NCBI RefSeq assembly: GCF_964204645.1
Contig: NC_134035.1
Span: forward strand, 7,906,451-7,970,450
Direction of reading: 5' to 3'
DNA length: 64,000 bases
Source: Tubulanus polymorphus
Taxonomy: Eukaryota > Animalia > Nemertea
Shown here: piece after piece, positions 26,865-38,526 of the stretch
How positions within the stretch are numbered: position 1 is the first letter of the stretch
Layout: every line of letters begins with the position of its first letter
The notes under the pieces: model-generated
What the model saw: only the letters and a program-made list of their open reading frames with translations
What the model was told of the DNA's origin: nothing
Database searches by the model: none
Program-made: the position numbers and the translations under genes

Positions 26865-26983
26865 AGTCTACAGCACCCGGTATTCCCAGGCGGTCACCCA
26901 TCCAAGTACTAACCGGGCCCGACGTTGCTTAACTTCGGTGATCGGACGAGAACCGGTGCTTTCAACGTGGTATGGCCGTAGAC
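26865..26983 (-). rRNA. 5S rRNA copy 50
   Basis: Same sequence as copy 1. Confidence 0.98.
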
Positions 26984-27421
26984 AACAAAACGTATCAATC
27001 TAACCGTTTTGATATTACCTTCTCGATAGGATCGCCACCTCAGCGAGGCATCCACTTTTTATGTCTCTTTTAACACAGTTTCAATTGCTCAACTGATAAA
27101 ACCAGGTACAATTATCCATTCGCTCCATCGAAAGATGTAGAAACAAACGCCTTTCCCTTCGCTCAAGGATCGGCGTTGAATAAGGCGGAGGAAACTATGA
27201 GAACAGCTACTTAGCAACACAATCTGTGACGTCACATTACCAGAAAACATCCAATCTTCTATCTCTAACAAAGTATCGATTTGGGAATATATCTGCGACA
27301 ACAAAATTTTGACGGCTTCGTTCAACTAATGGCGAAAACGAACAAGCAAATAAACAAACAAATAAACGGCTGTTTACGAGTGCTTTTAATTTTTGAAATA
27401 AATCGAGCAAAATTTGAAAAA

Positions 27422-27540
27422 AGTCTACAGCACCCGGTATTCCCAGGCGGTCACCCATCCAAGTACTAACCGGGCCCGACGTTGCTTAACTTCGGTGATC
27501 GGACGAGAACCGGTGCTTTCAACGTGGTATGGCCGTAGAC
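27422..27540 (-). rRNA. 5S rRNA copy 51
   Basis: Same sequence as copy 1. Confidence 0.98.
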
Positions 27541-27976
27541 AACAAAACGTATCAATCTAACCGTTTTGATATTACCTTCTCGATAGGATCGCCACCTCAG
27601 CGAGGCGTCCACTTTTTATGTCTCTTTTAACAGAGTTTCAATTGCTCAACTGATAAAACCAGGTACAATTATCCATTCGCTCCATCGAAAGATGTAGAAA
27701 CAAACGCCTTTCCCGTCGCTCAAGGATCGGCGTTGAATAAGGCGGAGGAAACTATGAGAACAGCTACTTAGCAACACAATCTGTGACGTCACATTACCAG
27801 AAAACATCCAATCTTCTATCTAACAAAGTATCGATTTGGGAATATATCTGCGACAACAAAATTTTGACAGCTTCGTTCAACTAATGGCGAAAACAAACAA
27901 GCAAATAAACAAACAAATAAACGGCTGTTTGCGAGTGCTTTTAATTTTTGAAATAAATCGAGCAAAATTTGAAAAA

Positions 27977-28095
27977 AGTCTACAGCACCCGGTATTCCCA
28001 GGCGGTCACCCATCCAAGTACTAACCGGGCCCGACGTTGCTTAACTTCGGTGATCGGACGAGAACCGGTGCTTTCAACGTGGTATGGCCGTAGAC
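27977..28095 (-). rRNA. 5S rRNA copy 52
   Basis: Same sequence as copy 1. Confidence 0.98.
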
Positions 28096-28533
28096 AACAA
28101 AACGTATCAATCTAACCGTTTTGATATTACCTTCTCGATAGGATCGCCACCTCAGCGAGGCATCCACTTTTTATGTCTCTTTTAACACAGTTTCAATTGC
28201 TCAACTGATAAAACCAGGTACAATTATCCATTCGCTCCATCGAAAGATGTAGAAACAAACGCCTTTCCCTTCGCTCAAGGATCGGCGTTGAATAAGGCGG
28301 AGGAAACTATGAGAACAGCTACTTAGCAACACAATCTGTGACGTCACATTACCAGAAAACATCCAATCTTCTATCTCTAACAAAGTATCGATTTGGGAAT
28401 ATATCTGCGACAACAAAATTTTGACGGCTTCGTTCAACTAATGGCGAAAACGAACAAGCAAATAAACAAACAAATAAACGGCTGTTTACGAGTGCTTTTA
28501 ATTTTTGAAATAAATCGAGCAAAATTTGAAAAA

Positions 28534-28652
28534 AGTCTACAGCACCCGGTATTCCCAGGCGGTCACCCATCCAAGTACTAACCGGGCCCGACGTTGCTTA
28601 ACTTCGGTGATCGGACGAGAACCGGTGCTTTCAACGTGGTATGGCCGTAGAC
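28534..28652 (-). rRNA. 5S rRNA copy 53 (array-terminal)
   Basis: Same sequence as copy 1. Confidence 0.98.
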
Positions 28653-29530
28653 AACAAAACGTATCAATCTAACCGTTTTGATATTACCTTCTCGATAGGA
28701 TCGCCACCTCAGCGAGGCATCCACTTTTTATGTCTCTTTTAACACAGTTTCAATTGCTCAACTGATAAAACCAGGTACAATTATCCATTCGCTCCATCGA
28801 AAGATGTAGAAACAAACGCCTTTCCCTTCGCTCAAGGATCGGCGTTGAATAAGGCGGAGGAAACTATGAGAACAGCTACTTAGCAACACAATCTGTGACG
28901 TCACATTACCAGAAAACATACCTTCTCGATAGGATCGCCACCTCAGCGAGGCATCCACTTTAATTTCATATCTCAGTTTCCTGCTGAGCTCCGTCGATGA
29001 ATAAACACGGTTATATTTACCGTCGGTCGGCCACTCAAACGCATAAGACCAGGTACGATTATTTTTTCGCTCCATCGACGATGGACATAAAGTGAAAACA
29101 TTAGCCCGCTGGGACTTAAGCCCTAAGTGGGCTGAAAAACGATTGATTCTTTTCTGACGCGGGCGGGCGGGTGCATACGGCTTCTTGATTCGTATTACTG
29201 ACACTTTTTATGACGTGGTCGTTAACGGAAAGTTCGTTATAAAGGGGTTGTTGCTTCCGATATTTAACTAAAAGAAGTCTAAGGAGGATTGAAAATATCA
29301 TTGCAGCCTTCAAAATCTTTATCAAATCATCGAGTCCATGCAGCCAGTTGGAGGATAGTGTGTATGACAGGTAGTCAAAACATATTCCTGAGGCTGCTCA
29401 TGATTTTGACAAAAAGTCAACATAAAACAAGATAGTTCGCTTAATGATTTTTCAATTTTTTATTGAAGATTTTTTTCACAATTTTTTTCTCATGAAAGCA
29501 GTGACATTCCACTAGTTACAACGTTTGGGG

Positions 29531-32500
29531 TTATTCCTGAAAAGATACAAAAAATTATGCTTTTTATAGCGAAATCCTAGTCGCCAATGAGTCAACTTAA
29601 GTTTCATTTTTTGTACTGTCCCATCGGATCGGGTTTTTTCCAATTTTGACTCATTTCGCACTAAAATTCTAGCCCCCTGGTTCCAACTAAAATTCCAACC
29701 TTTTTCCAAAAAAAAAGGACTCGGAAGGATCGCTGGAAACCTCGTACAATATTAATCGATTGATAAAAACGTCATTCTTACGTCTGCGACTTCGTAATCA
29801 CCGCTGTTCACCATATCGATGACGTCGTGAGGATGATGTCCATCAACCGTGCAACCGACTGATTGAGCTGTTCCTGCAACATATACAACAACATACTTTA
29901 ACGTATGATGCACATACTCTACTAAAACTATTTGATATCATTTATACATGAAGGAAAGCACCCCCTGGTGTGACAATGATGGATAAACTTCAGTGTTCTC
30001 TGGAGTTTTTCATATTTCCTTTTGACCACAAACTACTACACTCATTAGATTACAGATGTTTATACTTTTTCCACTTTAACGTATGATGCACTTACTCGAC
30101 TAAAACTATCATCAATTAAAAATACAGTCAAACTCAGTTAATCCGTGTCACTAGGGACTGAGCTTTTTAAGTACAGATTAAGTGATATACGGATAACAGA
30201 TAATCCGTAATTGATACGAATTAATTATTACCCGTATAAACTATGAATTTAAGTGCACAATCCGTATAATAGCTGGTTGAGCTATCTCTCAAACATTGGA
30301 CGATTACTACAGTGGAACCACATTCTAACGATCCGTTGGGGGGATAAAAAGTTCATTGTATCCGATGGTTCATTACTTAGATCCATTTCATATAATTTAT
30401 ACATAAAAAGAAAACACCCCCCTGGTGTGACAATGATGGATAAACTTCAGTGTTTTCTGGAGTTTTTAATATTTCCTACTGACCACAAACTACTACACTC
30501 ATTAGATTACAGATGTTTATACTTTTTCACTTCAAGTGCATGTTCCCGACAGCTGATACAGGAATTGGGCAACGGGACCATTCATGTGTCTAAGTGAAAA
30601 TACGGATTATGGAGTACGAATTAGACACAGAATTTTAAAGGGAATAAGGTTACTGAAAAATGAGACCATTTTATTCATACGTAATAGGCACTTATACGGG
30701 TTAACCGGATTACCCGAGGTTGACTGTACAGTACACCCGATACACCACCCTCCCATATACTGCCAGGTTTTCTCAATGTACATCACTATATAAATTCATA
30801 ATAACACACCACCGATATACTGCCTTACTCTCTATACCTCCACCCCGCCTACCGCCAGGTTTTCTCATTGTACATCACTATACAAATTCATAATAAAACA
30901 CCCCCGATATACTGCCTTACCCTCTATACCGCCAGGTTTTCTCATTGTACATCACTATACAAATTCATAATATAACACCCCAGATATACCGCCTTACTCT
31001 CTATACCGTCATCCCCGCTTACTGCCAGGTTTTCTCATTGTACATCTCAATACAAATACGTAGTAAAACACCCCCGATATACTGCCTTTCTCTCTATACC
31101 GCCAATATCGCCCTGCACCGATATGGGTGGTATATTGGGGGTTTACTATATACTGCAGCACGTTCATATCAATGTGTGAAAGCTTACCCAAGATTTCCTT
31201 GACAGTTCCGGCGAGTTTGACGGCCATACTCCTCTCTCTCATCTGACGCGCGATAGCGACAATCTCCGAGAACGCAACATCACCAGCGTGTTTAACTGAA
31301 GAAATAAACAATTCATGTCACGACCAATTAATTTGTGCGTGTGACTCACGAAGACGATTCTTGGACCACAGCCAGCTTACTGAGGATTTCATCATGCCGG
31401 GTAACCTTCTACTTTCATCTCAAATTCCGAAAGTTAAATTTCGAAAGTTAAATTTCCAGGTATTAATGATCTCTGTCTTGATGAATAGGACCCCTACGGG
31501 AAGGTAGCAGGGTTTCCAGTGGTAAGGCCAGAAGTACTAAGGAGGACATTTTCGACCCAAAAAGAGGGATTTTTTTACTCGGAAAGCGGTACTTTCCAGT
31601 AAAATGGGTCTCCATAAGGGAGCATTTTCGTAATGCCTTTGCCGGAATACTAGTCGTGTAGACCAATCATACATTTCAGGGTAATTCCATTGAACAAATT
31701 GTATTCAATCTTACTGACAATTGAATTACCAGGCCTAAGTAATAAAATACCCCAACAGTCGATTTCGCGACAAAATTGTGCACGAAAATACACAAGAATC
31801 AAATTTGGAAGGACTTTCTTATCAAAAGGAAGGACTTAACAGTCAAAAGGACAAAGATGTTTGTCCATACTTTTTCCATAAGAAGGACAAAGAAGGACTT
31901 GGAAGGACCGCTGTAAACCCTGCGGTAGGGTCGGGATCTCCTCTCAATCTGCCCCTAGTGCATGTTCAAATTTCTTTCAGAAGTGGACCAGGACCCAGTT
32001 TTGCCCATTAATCGAATACTCACTGTTCTTGACCTTCTTTCGGTCACGTGGAGGTTCCTTCAAGGCTTTAATGATCAGAGATGAAGCACTCGGAACGACT
32101 GATACCGTAGCTTGTCGGTTCTGAATCGTCAGTTTGATGGTGATTCTCAAACCTTTCCAGTCACCCGTTGCCTTAGCGATATCATCACCAACTTTTTTCG
32201 GTGACTGAAAACAAGCAAATAGTGGTGTCATTATAATAAAACATCTTAAAACCGCATTCGATGAACATTAATTAACACGAAGCATGTGTTGGCTGAGAAA
32301 GCTTCACTGGGGATGGTCGATTGCAGTAGAAAGATTGAAAAGAAAATTTTAGTAAGGACTAGCAGTGAAACAAGCGCACCAGGAGCCACCAACAGTTTGC
32401 TTGACATGTCGGAAGACTGACGATTATAAGCTTATTAGCTCAGAGATAAAAGCTGAAATCAGAAAATCACAGTTATAAATAACAGCGACTTCATACGAAC

Positions 32501-34107
32501 GAGACATGTTCTCATCACGGCTAATTTTAACATTTTCCATTCACTTGTTTACTCCTAGTCTGAATACCAGTCGTCGTTACAGGTTGAACGACGACTAGGT
32601 ACTAGACTGGTTTCCTCCATACCCGTCTGTCTATGTTGCACATTCATAATATTAACAATTGAATATCCTTGCCAAAATTCAGCTTATTCGAGGAGACCCG
32701 AAACATACACTACGTTGTCAAGTCATTTTTATTTTAGACTTAAGGGTGGAAGCAATTAGCAACCGCCGAAAATATTTCTAATACCTTATTTTTTACATTT
32801 TAGCTATCAATTTATTTATTGCGGGATATAACACTTATCGTTTTATCGCGGATATTGCGATGATTCAAGTATCCATTCAAGTATCTGTTATAATACAGTA
32901 TCATGAGATGTTATATTCGTAAAGATGAAGTAAGTAAGTGTTCATATTGTAATTAGCTCAGAGATAAAAGCTAAAATCAGAAAATCACTAAATAGCGATC
33001 TCATACGAACGAGACATGTTCTCATCACAGCTAATTCCATTGAGTGACCCCCAACTTTAGTTATTTTAACCACATTTCATATCTAAAACAGAGTTATGGT
33101 CAGGATTAGGTAGAGTGCTATATGTAGTTAAAACATTCAGCGAACCTCAGCCAGTGGTTCGAAGACTGTTCTATCAGCCGAGGCCTATGGAATTGAGGTA
33201 TCGGTAGCCGCCCGTCTGGCTTGAAAATTTTCATTATTTCTCATTTTTATGTTCTAATTTGTGTTACAATCCAGAAAATGAACATAATGCTAAAAACATA
33301 TATAAGTCATTGACAAGATGTTTTTCAAATCGATATCTAAGATTTATAAGTTAGAAGTTTAGATGGCAATGTTGAAGTCTTGATATTTAGGGATCATTAT
33401 CGGAATGTAACTGTCTTCTCAGTAGTTATTTTGACAGCTGAGCTACCACTAGCGCCATCTATCAAACATAAATTGAAGCTTTAGCCAGCTTATAGAGGCA
33501 AATATCATTGGAATATAGGCTTTTCGGCTTCGCTAATTTTGTGACCCAAAATAAGGAATAATGAAAAAAATCCCTCATCAATTCTTGATATTTGATGTGA
33601 CTATGTAAACTGATACCTTTATTCCATAGGCCTAAATTTGTTCTCCAGACATCGACGCTGTAAATCATCCAATCAGAAAAGCTACTAATTTCTATTTCAA
33701 CCTGACTTGAGAACATTCCGGTTGGCCTAGCTCAGTCAGTTTTGGTAGTACTACCTGATAGAAGTCTTATTGGGACCAGAATGCATTGGCAGCTGACCTA
33801 AAATATCATGTTTCCGCTCTACGACGCTGACGAAAAAAGTTGCTGAAAGTGAAGCCGTGTGCAGAAATTTAACTGCCAAAAACTCACCAAACCGAGGGGA
33901 CCAATCTTGGGCGCAAGAGTAGACGTAGCACCGACCTCACCACCAGTCGCTCGCAAATAAACTATAACAAATAAAGAGAAATTCGTTTAACAGCAGTGAC
34001 AGGTGAAACGTGACGTGCATTGGTTGTTTAAAGCCAGCGAAAAGGCTTCTAAAATAATAAATTGCCCTACCGATTTTAACTTCATTCGGATCAAACTTCG
34101 GGGCCAT
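29531..34107 (-). CDS. RPL12: 60S ribosomal protein L12 (uL11), 165 aa, 6 coding exons
   Basis: Exons 34071-34107, 33888-33961, 32024-32204, 31188-31295, 29782-29873, 29531-29536. All introns are GT-AG and the exons total 498 nt. Translation: [68 protein letters not shown]...[43 protein letters not shown] near 29,460. Confidence 0.97.
30125..30726. mobile_element. Tc1/mariner-pogo-like MITE in RPL12 intron 4
   Basis: TA|CAGTCAAACTC ... GAGGTTTGACTG|TA: terminal inverted repeats (TIRs) with a TA target-site duplication (TSD). Confidence 0.7.
30729..31148. mobile_element. MITE with internal ~73-89 bp tandem repeats
   Basis: Imperfect TIRs (CAGTACACCCGATACACCACCC / GGGTGGTATATTGGGGGTTTACTA) and four copies of GCCAGGTTTTCTCATTGTACATCACTATA... 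Confidence 0.6.
32434..32525 (-). ncRNA. C/D-box snoRNA (copy A), predicted guide for the 18S A1383-equivalent
   Basis: Intronic and sense to RPL12. Terminal stem ATTAGC/GCTAAT, C box GTGATGA, guide GTCTCGTTCGT, D' ATGA, C' GTGATTT, D CTGA. Confidence 0.85.
32951..33036 (-). ncRNA. C/D-box snoRNA (copy B)
   Basis: Paralogue of copy A with the same boxes and guide. Terminal stem AATTAGC/GCTAATT. Differences are concentrated between D' and C'. Confidence 0.85.
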
Positions 34108-34221
34108 TTTTGTTGTTTCGTTGAAACTGTTGTCTTTAGTAAAAAAAGCTTTAGGTGTTGGATGAGCGCAGATAGCACACTACCAAAAAAGTTGCACCGT
34201 AAAGCACGTAAGCTAATTTAC

Positions 34222-34233
34222 CGGAAGAGGAAG
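34222..34233 (-). promoter_or_regulatory. TCT/5'TOP-like start of RPL12
   Basis: CTTCCTCTTCCG on the minus strand, directly followed by GTAAAT (possible 5'UTR intron 34134-34221). Pyrimidine-tract starts are typical of ribosomal protein genes. Confidence 0.55.
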
Positions 34234-35219
34234 TGTGAGGAATGGGGAGTTATCTACGATGAAAATTCGACGCAGCCACGTCGAACTAAAAAACCAAACT
34301 CGTGACAGCCACGACGAAAGTAAATAATTCGATGAACACTGTAGTTTTTTCTCACACGGACCTGACCCAACTTGTCCCATCGATTGAAAAAGAAAGCAAA
34401 GTATTTCTTGATAGTGGTCAGTGGTAGATAGGCTTCTAGGGGCACTTTTTATCGCGTGACCAAGCTACCATGGTTTTTATGATGTAAAGATCATGATCAT
34501 TGAAATGAAATGAACCACGAATAAAATCTAAATTTCTATGTATTTTTGAATGTTGGTCGACTTCTTAGCACTTGCTCCTATCAGCCACAGAGAACTTCTT
34601 ACGCCGTCGCATTCCAAACCGAAATGAAAGTATAGACCATATAACAAACTCAGGATTTCATCATAACCTTTTATTTTCATTTCAATGATGCAATTTCAAT
34701 TCTACAGCTATGTTCTTAAAACGATAAAATGAAATTGTGACAAAAGTATTTAAAACTTCCAAGAAATCCAAGCATCCAATGTGACAAAAGCAGAACAATA
34801 AATGAGCATATCTTGGATTGCTCTTTACCCTGTAGCAAAAATAACGGGGGTACTATTCTCAACTGTCAGAATACTCTAGAACAAGAATTCTCATCAAAGT
34901 TCAGCAAGGTTTATAACAAAAGTCGCCTACCATATATAATGCTAAATACAGTATAAATCCCATTAATTCATTTTGATGATGAAGGATTTGCGAGCCACAA
35001 TTTGAGCTGTAATAGGCTACTTTTTCACCAAAAGGGTTGAAAAATAGAAAAAACAAAATATACCAGTAGCAGTACATTGCATGCACATTTGTTACGTCCA
35101 TTTTTATGCTATTAGGCAACAAGCATGCAATCAATATAATAAGCACCATTTATTTTGAGCCAAGTACTACTTACAGTTTCATCAATATATACATATGTCT
35201 ATATCAATAAAACTAACTT

Positions 35220-35487
<268 letters not shown>

Positions 35488-35654
35488 AACATGTACATAT
35501 GACAGCAGTTTTTTGCATTGTTTATTTGTTCAGTGTAAGTGATTATAAAATTATATTATATTTTGCATGAATTAATTTCAATTCTAGCCACCAAATATAT
35601 ACATACAAACATCTAATATTACTATACAGCAATGCAAAATACACTTTCCTATTA

Positions 35655-36103
35655 GGGAGCATCTCAAAATTTCGATAGTTACTTCAATTGGAATAACTCG
35701 CGGAAGGGGGTGGGGGTTAAGGCCTCCTGCGGATTCATGACTGCCGATCTATCGATTTATTGCGGTGCAAGATAACATTGAATTGAATTGCAGTTTCAAA
35801 TATATTACATGCAGTTGATTTAACTGTCTCTCTTTTAGATGTTGGTATTTTAGATATATTTGACTTTGTTTATAAAATCTATTAGAGTTTAATAGGTTTT
35901 CCACTTGTTATTTTGGTATTTAATTTTTCAATTAAAAGTTGTGATCGAAATACACTTGTGAGATGTCTTATCTTTCTCTGCGGTCTCTCATTAGAAAATC
36001 AATAGTTCCAACTTTGGAATGTGTCTAATCAAAGGGAGGCCGGTTAAAACCAATTAGACAGTTATTCTAATTGACGGAACTATAGAAACTTTTAGATGCT
36101 CCC
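35655..36103. mobile_element. PIF/Harbinger-like MITE
   Basis: About 45-bp imperfect TIRs beginning GGGAGCATCT, flanked by TTA on both sides. Confidence 0.75.
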
Positions 36104-36696
36104 TTACATATACCCTATATGGCACTAACGATCCGGCATTTGCCCGACCAAAAGAGACATGATTTTCTTTTTATTCAAAATTCAATTGTGCCCTTATACC
36201 TACAATCTGTTCAATAGACAGTTGCTATCAGTAATTCTACTCAAACCAGTTTAAAATTTATTTCCATCATTTGTGGCCTCCCTAAGTTTATAAAACTGGC
36301 CCTATTTAATCCTTCATTTACTTGGCCCCACTTATTCCAATTATTTCCATCGTTAACACAAGCCATAGGTGCGGACAACCTTTTCCCCAAATTGATCGAA
36401 TAACTAAGTCGACTAATGAAACTAAACCTTAAAGTGAAAATAAATAATAGGCAGCTAATTGCCTTGTTTTGATTAGACTGATAAAATCACATACACCGGT
36501 ATCAAATTTAAATATAGTCCCATCCCAGACTACAATCTGTCTGGGAATACGACGAGACGGTCACTTAGTAACTAAGGGTTCATACACTTCAGGGCAACTG
36601 GAATTCCAGGTATTTTCCAGGAGTTGTCCAGGAGAAAAGTGAAAAATTCCAGGAGTCACGCAAGCAAAGTGTTGGTTATCTACTAGGCCTATCTAT

Positions 36697-36958
36697 AGCC
36701 GCGATCACACGAGCGTTTTTGGCCCTATATGGCCTGTGCCAAATTTGGCCCAGAACTTATTTGGCCAAAAACGTTGGACTAGGCTCGAGCCAAATTTTGG
36801 CACAGGACAAATGATTGCATTTGAATTGCAAATGGAAATGATCCAATTCGCTTTGTTTAGTATCGAATTTGGTTTGTGAGTGCGCTCTCTATAATTAGGC
36901 ACAGGCCAAATTTGGCTCGAGCCTGATCCGGGCCAAATCGTCTCCATTGATGGCGGCT
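36697..36958. mobile_element. MITE (nested)
   Basis: TIRs AGCCGCGATCA / TGATGGCGGCT; internal GCCAAATTTGGC palindromes. Confidence 0.6.
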
Positions 36959-37163
36959 ATTGATTCTGGTCTTGAAATATTAACATCACTTTCAATGTCA
37001 CTATATATACACAATCGAGTTTTGTATTAACTGAGCTATGTCGCCCAACCTTACACGGCCCAGCAGACCCAACTCTTTGATAATGAGGTGCTCTGGCTTT
37101 CATGCTAAAACATGAGGGAACCCCTCTGGCTAGCATCACTGTTATGATTCTATTATTTAACTA

Positions 37164-37411
37164 CGGAAGCCCCTAGGTGACATACGAGATAATTTTTTTC
37201 ATAATTTCGACTTATTAAGTCGAATTTCGACATAATAAGTTGAATTTCGACATGAAAATAAAACTCGAAATTCGACTTAATTAACACGAAATTCGACTTA
37301 CTATGTCGAAATTCGGCTTATTAAGTCGAAATTCGACTTATTATGTCAAAATTCGACTTAATAAGTCAAAATTGTGAAAAAATTTTCTCGTATGTCACCT
37401 AGGGGCTTCCG
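37164..37411. mobile_element. Palindromic MITE (nested)
   Basis: Perfect 26-bp TIR CGGAAGCCCCTAGGTGACATACGAGA, TA flanks, internal ~19-bp GAAATTCGACTTATTAAGTC repeats. Confidence 0.85.
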
Positions 37412-37612
37412 TATTTAACCTATTCTAAGTATATCAATTTAACAGTGGTAGTCCTAGACCTGGGTCCAAGGTCATTATCTGAATTACACAGGTACAATTA
37501 ACGTATACCTTTATTGTTTAAAACTTTAAGCGTCCATAATTTACTAGCTGAATAATGGTGACTACTAATTGACTAATTGTGAAGAATTGAGCCAGGTGCT
37601 CGATACGGTAAC

Positions 37613-38131
37613 AGGTAAAAATCCCCCCAGTAAAATTCCCCCGGTAAATATCCCCCCTGGTAAAAATCCCCCATCGGTAAACCCCCCTGATAAAAATTCC
37701 CCCCAAATTTGATTTCACAGCAATATTCAACAAAATACTTCAATATTCTTATGTTGAAAAACTTTCAAAGTTTTCAAAAATTTCAGATTGTCCCTGATGT
37801 TTTTCACGATATTCACTTTGGATAATCAATGACTTTGATCAAGCTACGTGCATAAAAATGACATTATTCTGTGACTTTTAGGTAGTAAAATGCATAAAAA
37901 TGATATAATCGTATTTCTGAAAATTTCTAGGAAGAAATCTAGTTTAAAAGTAATAGCAAAATATCTGTGTACCTATCTATGTACTATGTATTATTGTAAA
38001 AAGTATTATAAATTTTCATTCAGGTTTTTTACTTAAATTTGATAGAAAACTGAAATTGGAGGGATTTTTACCGTGTGGGATTTTTACTGGGGATATTTAC
38101 CGGGGGATATTTACCGGGGGGATTTTTACCT
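37613..38131. mobile_element. MITE (nested)
   Basis: TIR AGGTAAAAATCCCCC with reiterated GTAAA(A/T)ATCCCCC subterminal units. Confidence 0.7.
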
Positions 38132-38526
38132 TCATTCGCTCTATACACTTACATCGTATAGGCACTTCACTAATCATACCTGCACAAACCACACTATGAA
38201 AATGAGACTGACCACAATAATTAGAAAAATTTTAGAAACTAGAAAATTTTTAGATGACCAAGATCCTGAAATTCCAGGAGTTTTCCAGGAAAAAGCCCTT
38301 AAAAACCCTGAATTTCCAGGAATTCAAGGTCCTGGAATTGATTTTGCTAAAATTCCAGGAAATCCAGGAGGTGTACAAACCCTGTTTGGACTGTGAAGCT
38401 TTGATTATCTATTATTATCATTATTATGATGAACTTATAAAAACGTTTTCTTTTCCCTGTGTACTATCATTAGCATTATTCTAGACAGATTTGCTGGACT
38501 GGATTGTGTGTGGCCAATGTCGATTT

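Larger units (their letters stand above)
1..28918 (-). repeat. 5S rDNA tandem array (53 genes; runs off the left window edge)
   Basis: Near-identical units. The 52 gene-to-gene periods are 25x557, 13x555 and 14x526 bp (sum 28,504 = 28652-148). The array stops in mid-spacer at about 28,918. Confidence 0.99.
36574..38384. mobile_element. Degenerate hAT-like non-autonomous element containing nested MITEs
   Basis: Ends AGGGTTCATACAC / GTGTACAAACCCTG, with subterminal TTCCAGG(A) repeats at both ends. Confidence 0.5.

Noticed and set aside
223-28581. Repeated 62-78 aa ORFs on both strands
   Set aside because: They are translations of 5S rDNA and spacer, overlap the rRNA, and are broken by spacer SNPs and indels.
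1-28918. CRISPR-like repeat/spacer array
   Set aside because: The spacers are near-identical, the constant part is 5S rRNA, the context is eukaryotic and there are no cas genes.
28758-29204. 148-aa ORF crossing the array junction
   Set aside because: A chimera of spacer and flank with no recognisable protein features.
31316-31398. Possible third C/D snoRNA (ATGATGA ... GTGA) in RPL12 intron 3
   Set aside because: No canonical D box, no identifiable guide, and it overlaps the branch-point region.
36514-36556. CTGGGAATAC as a 5S pseudogene fragment
   Set aside because: Only 10 bp, and better explained as the arm of a small palindrome (TCCCAGAC...GTCTGGGA).
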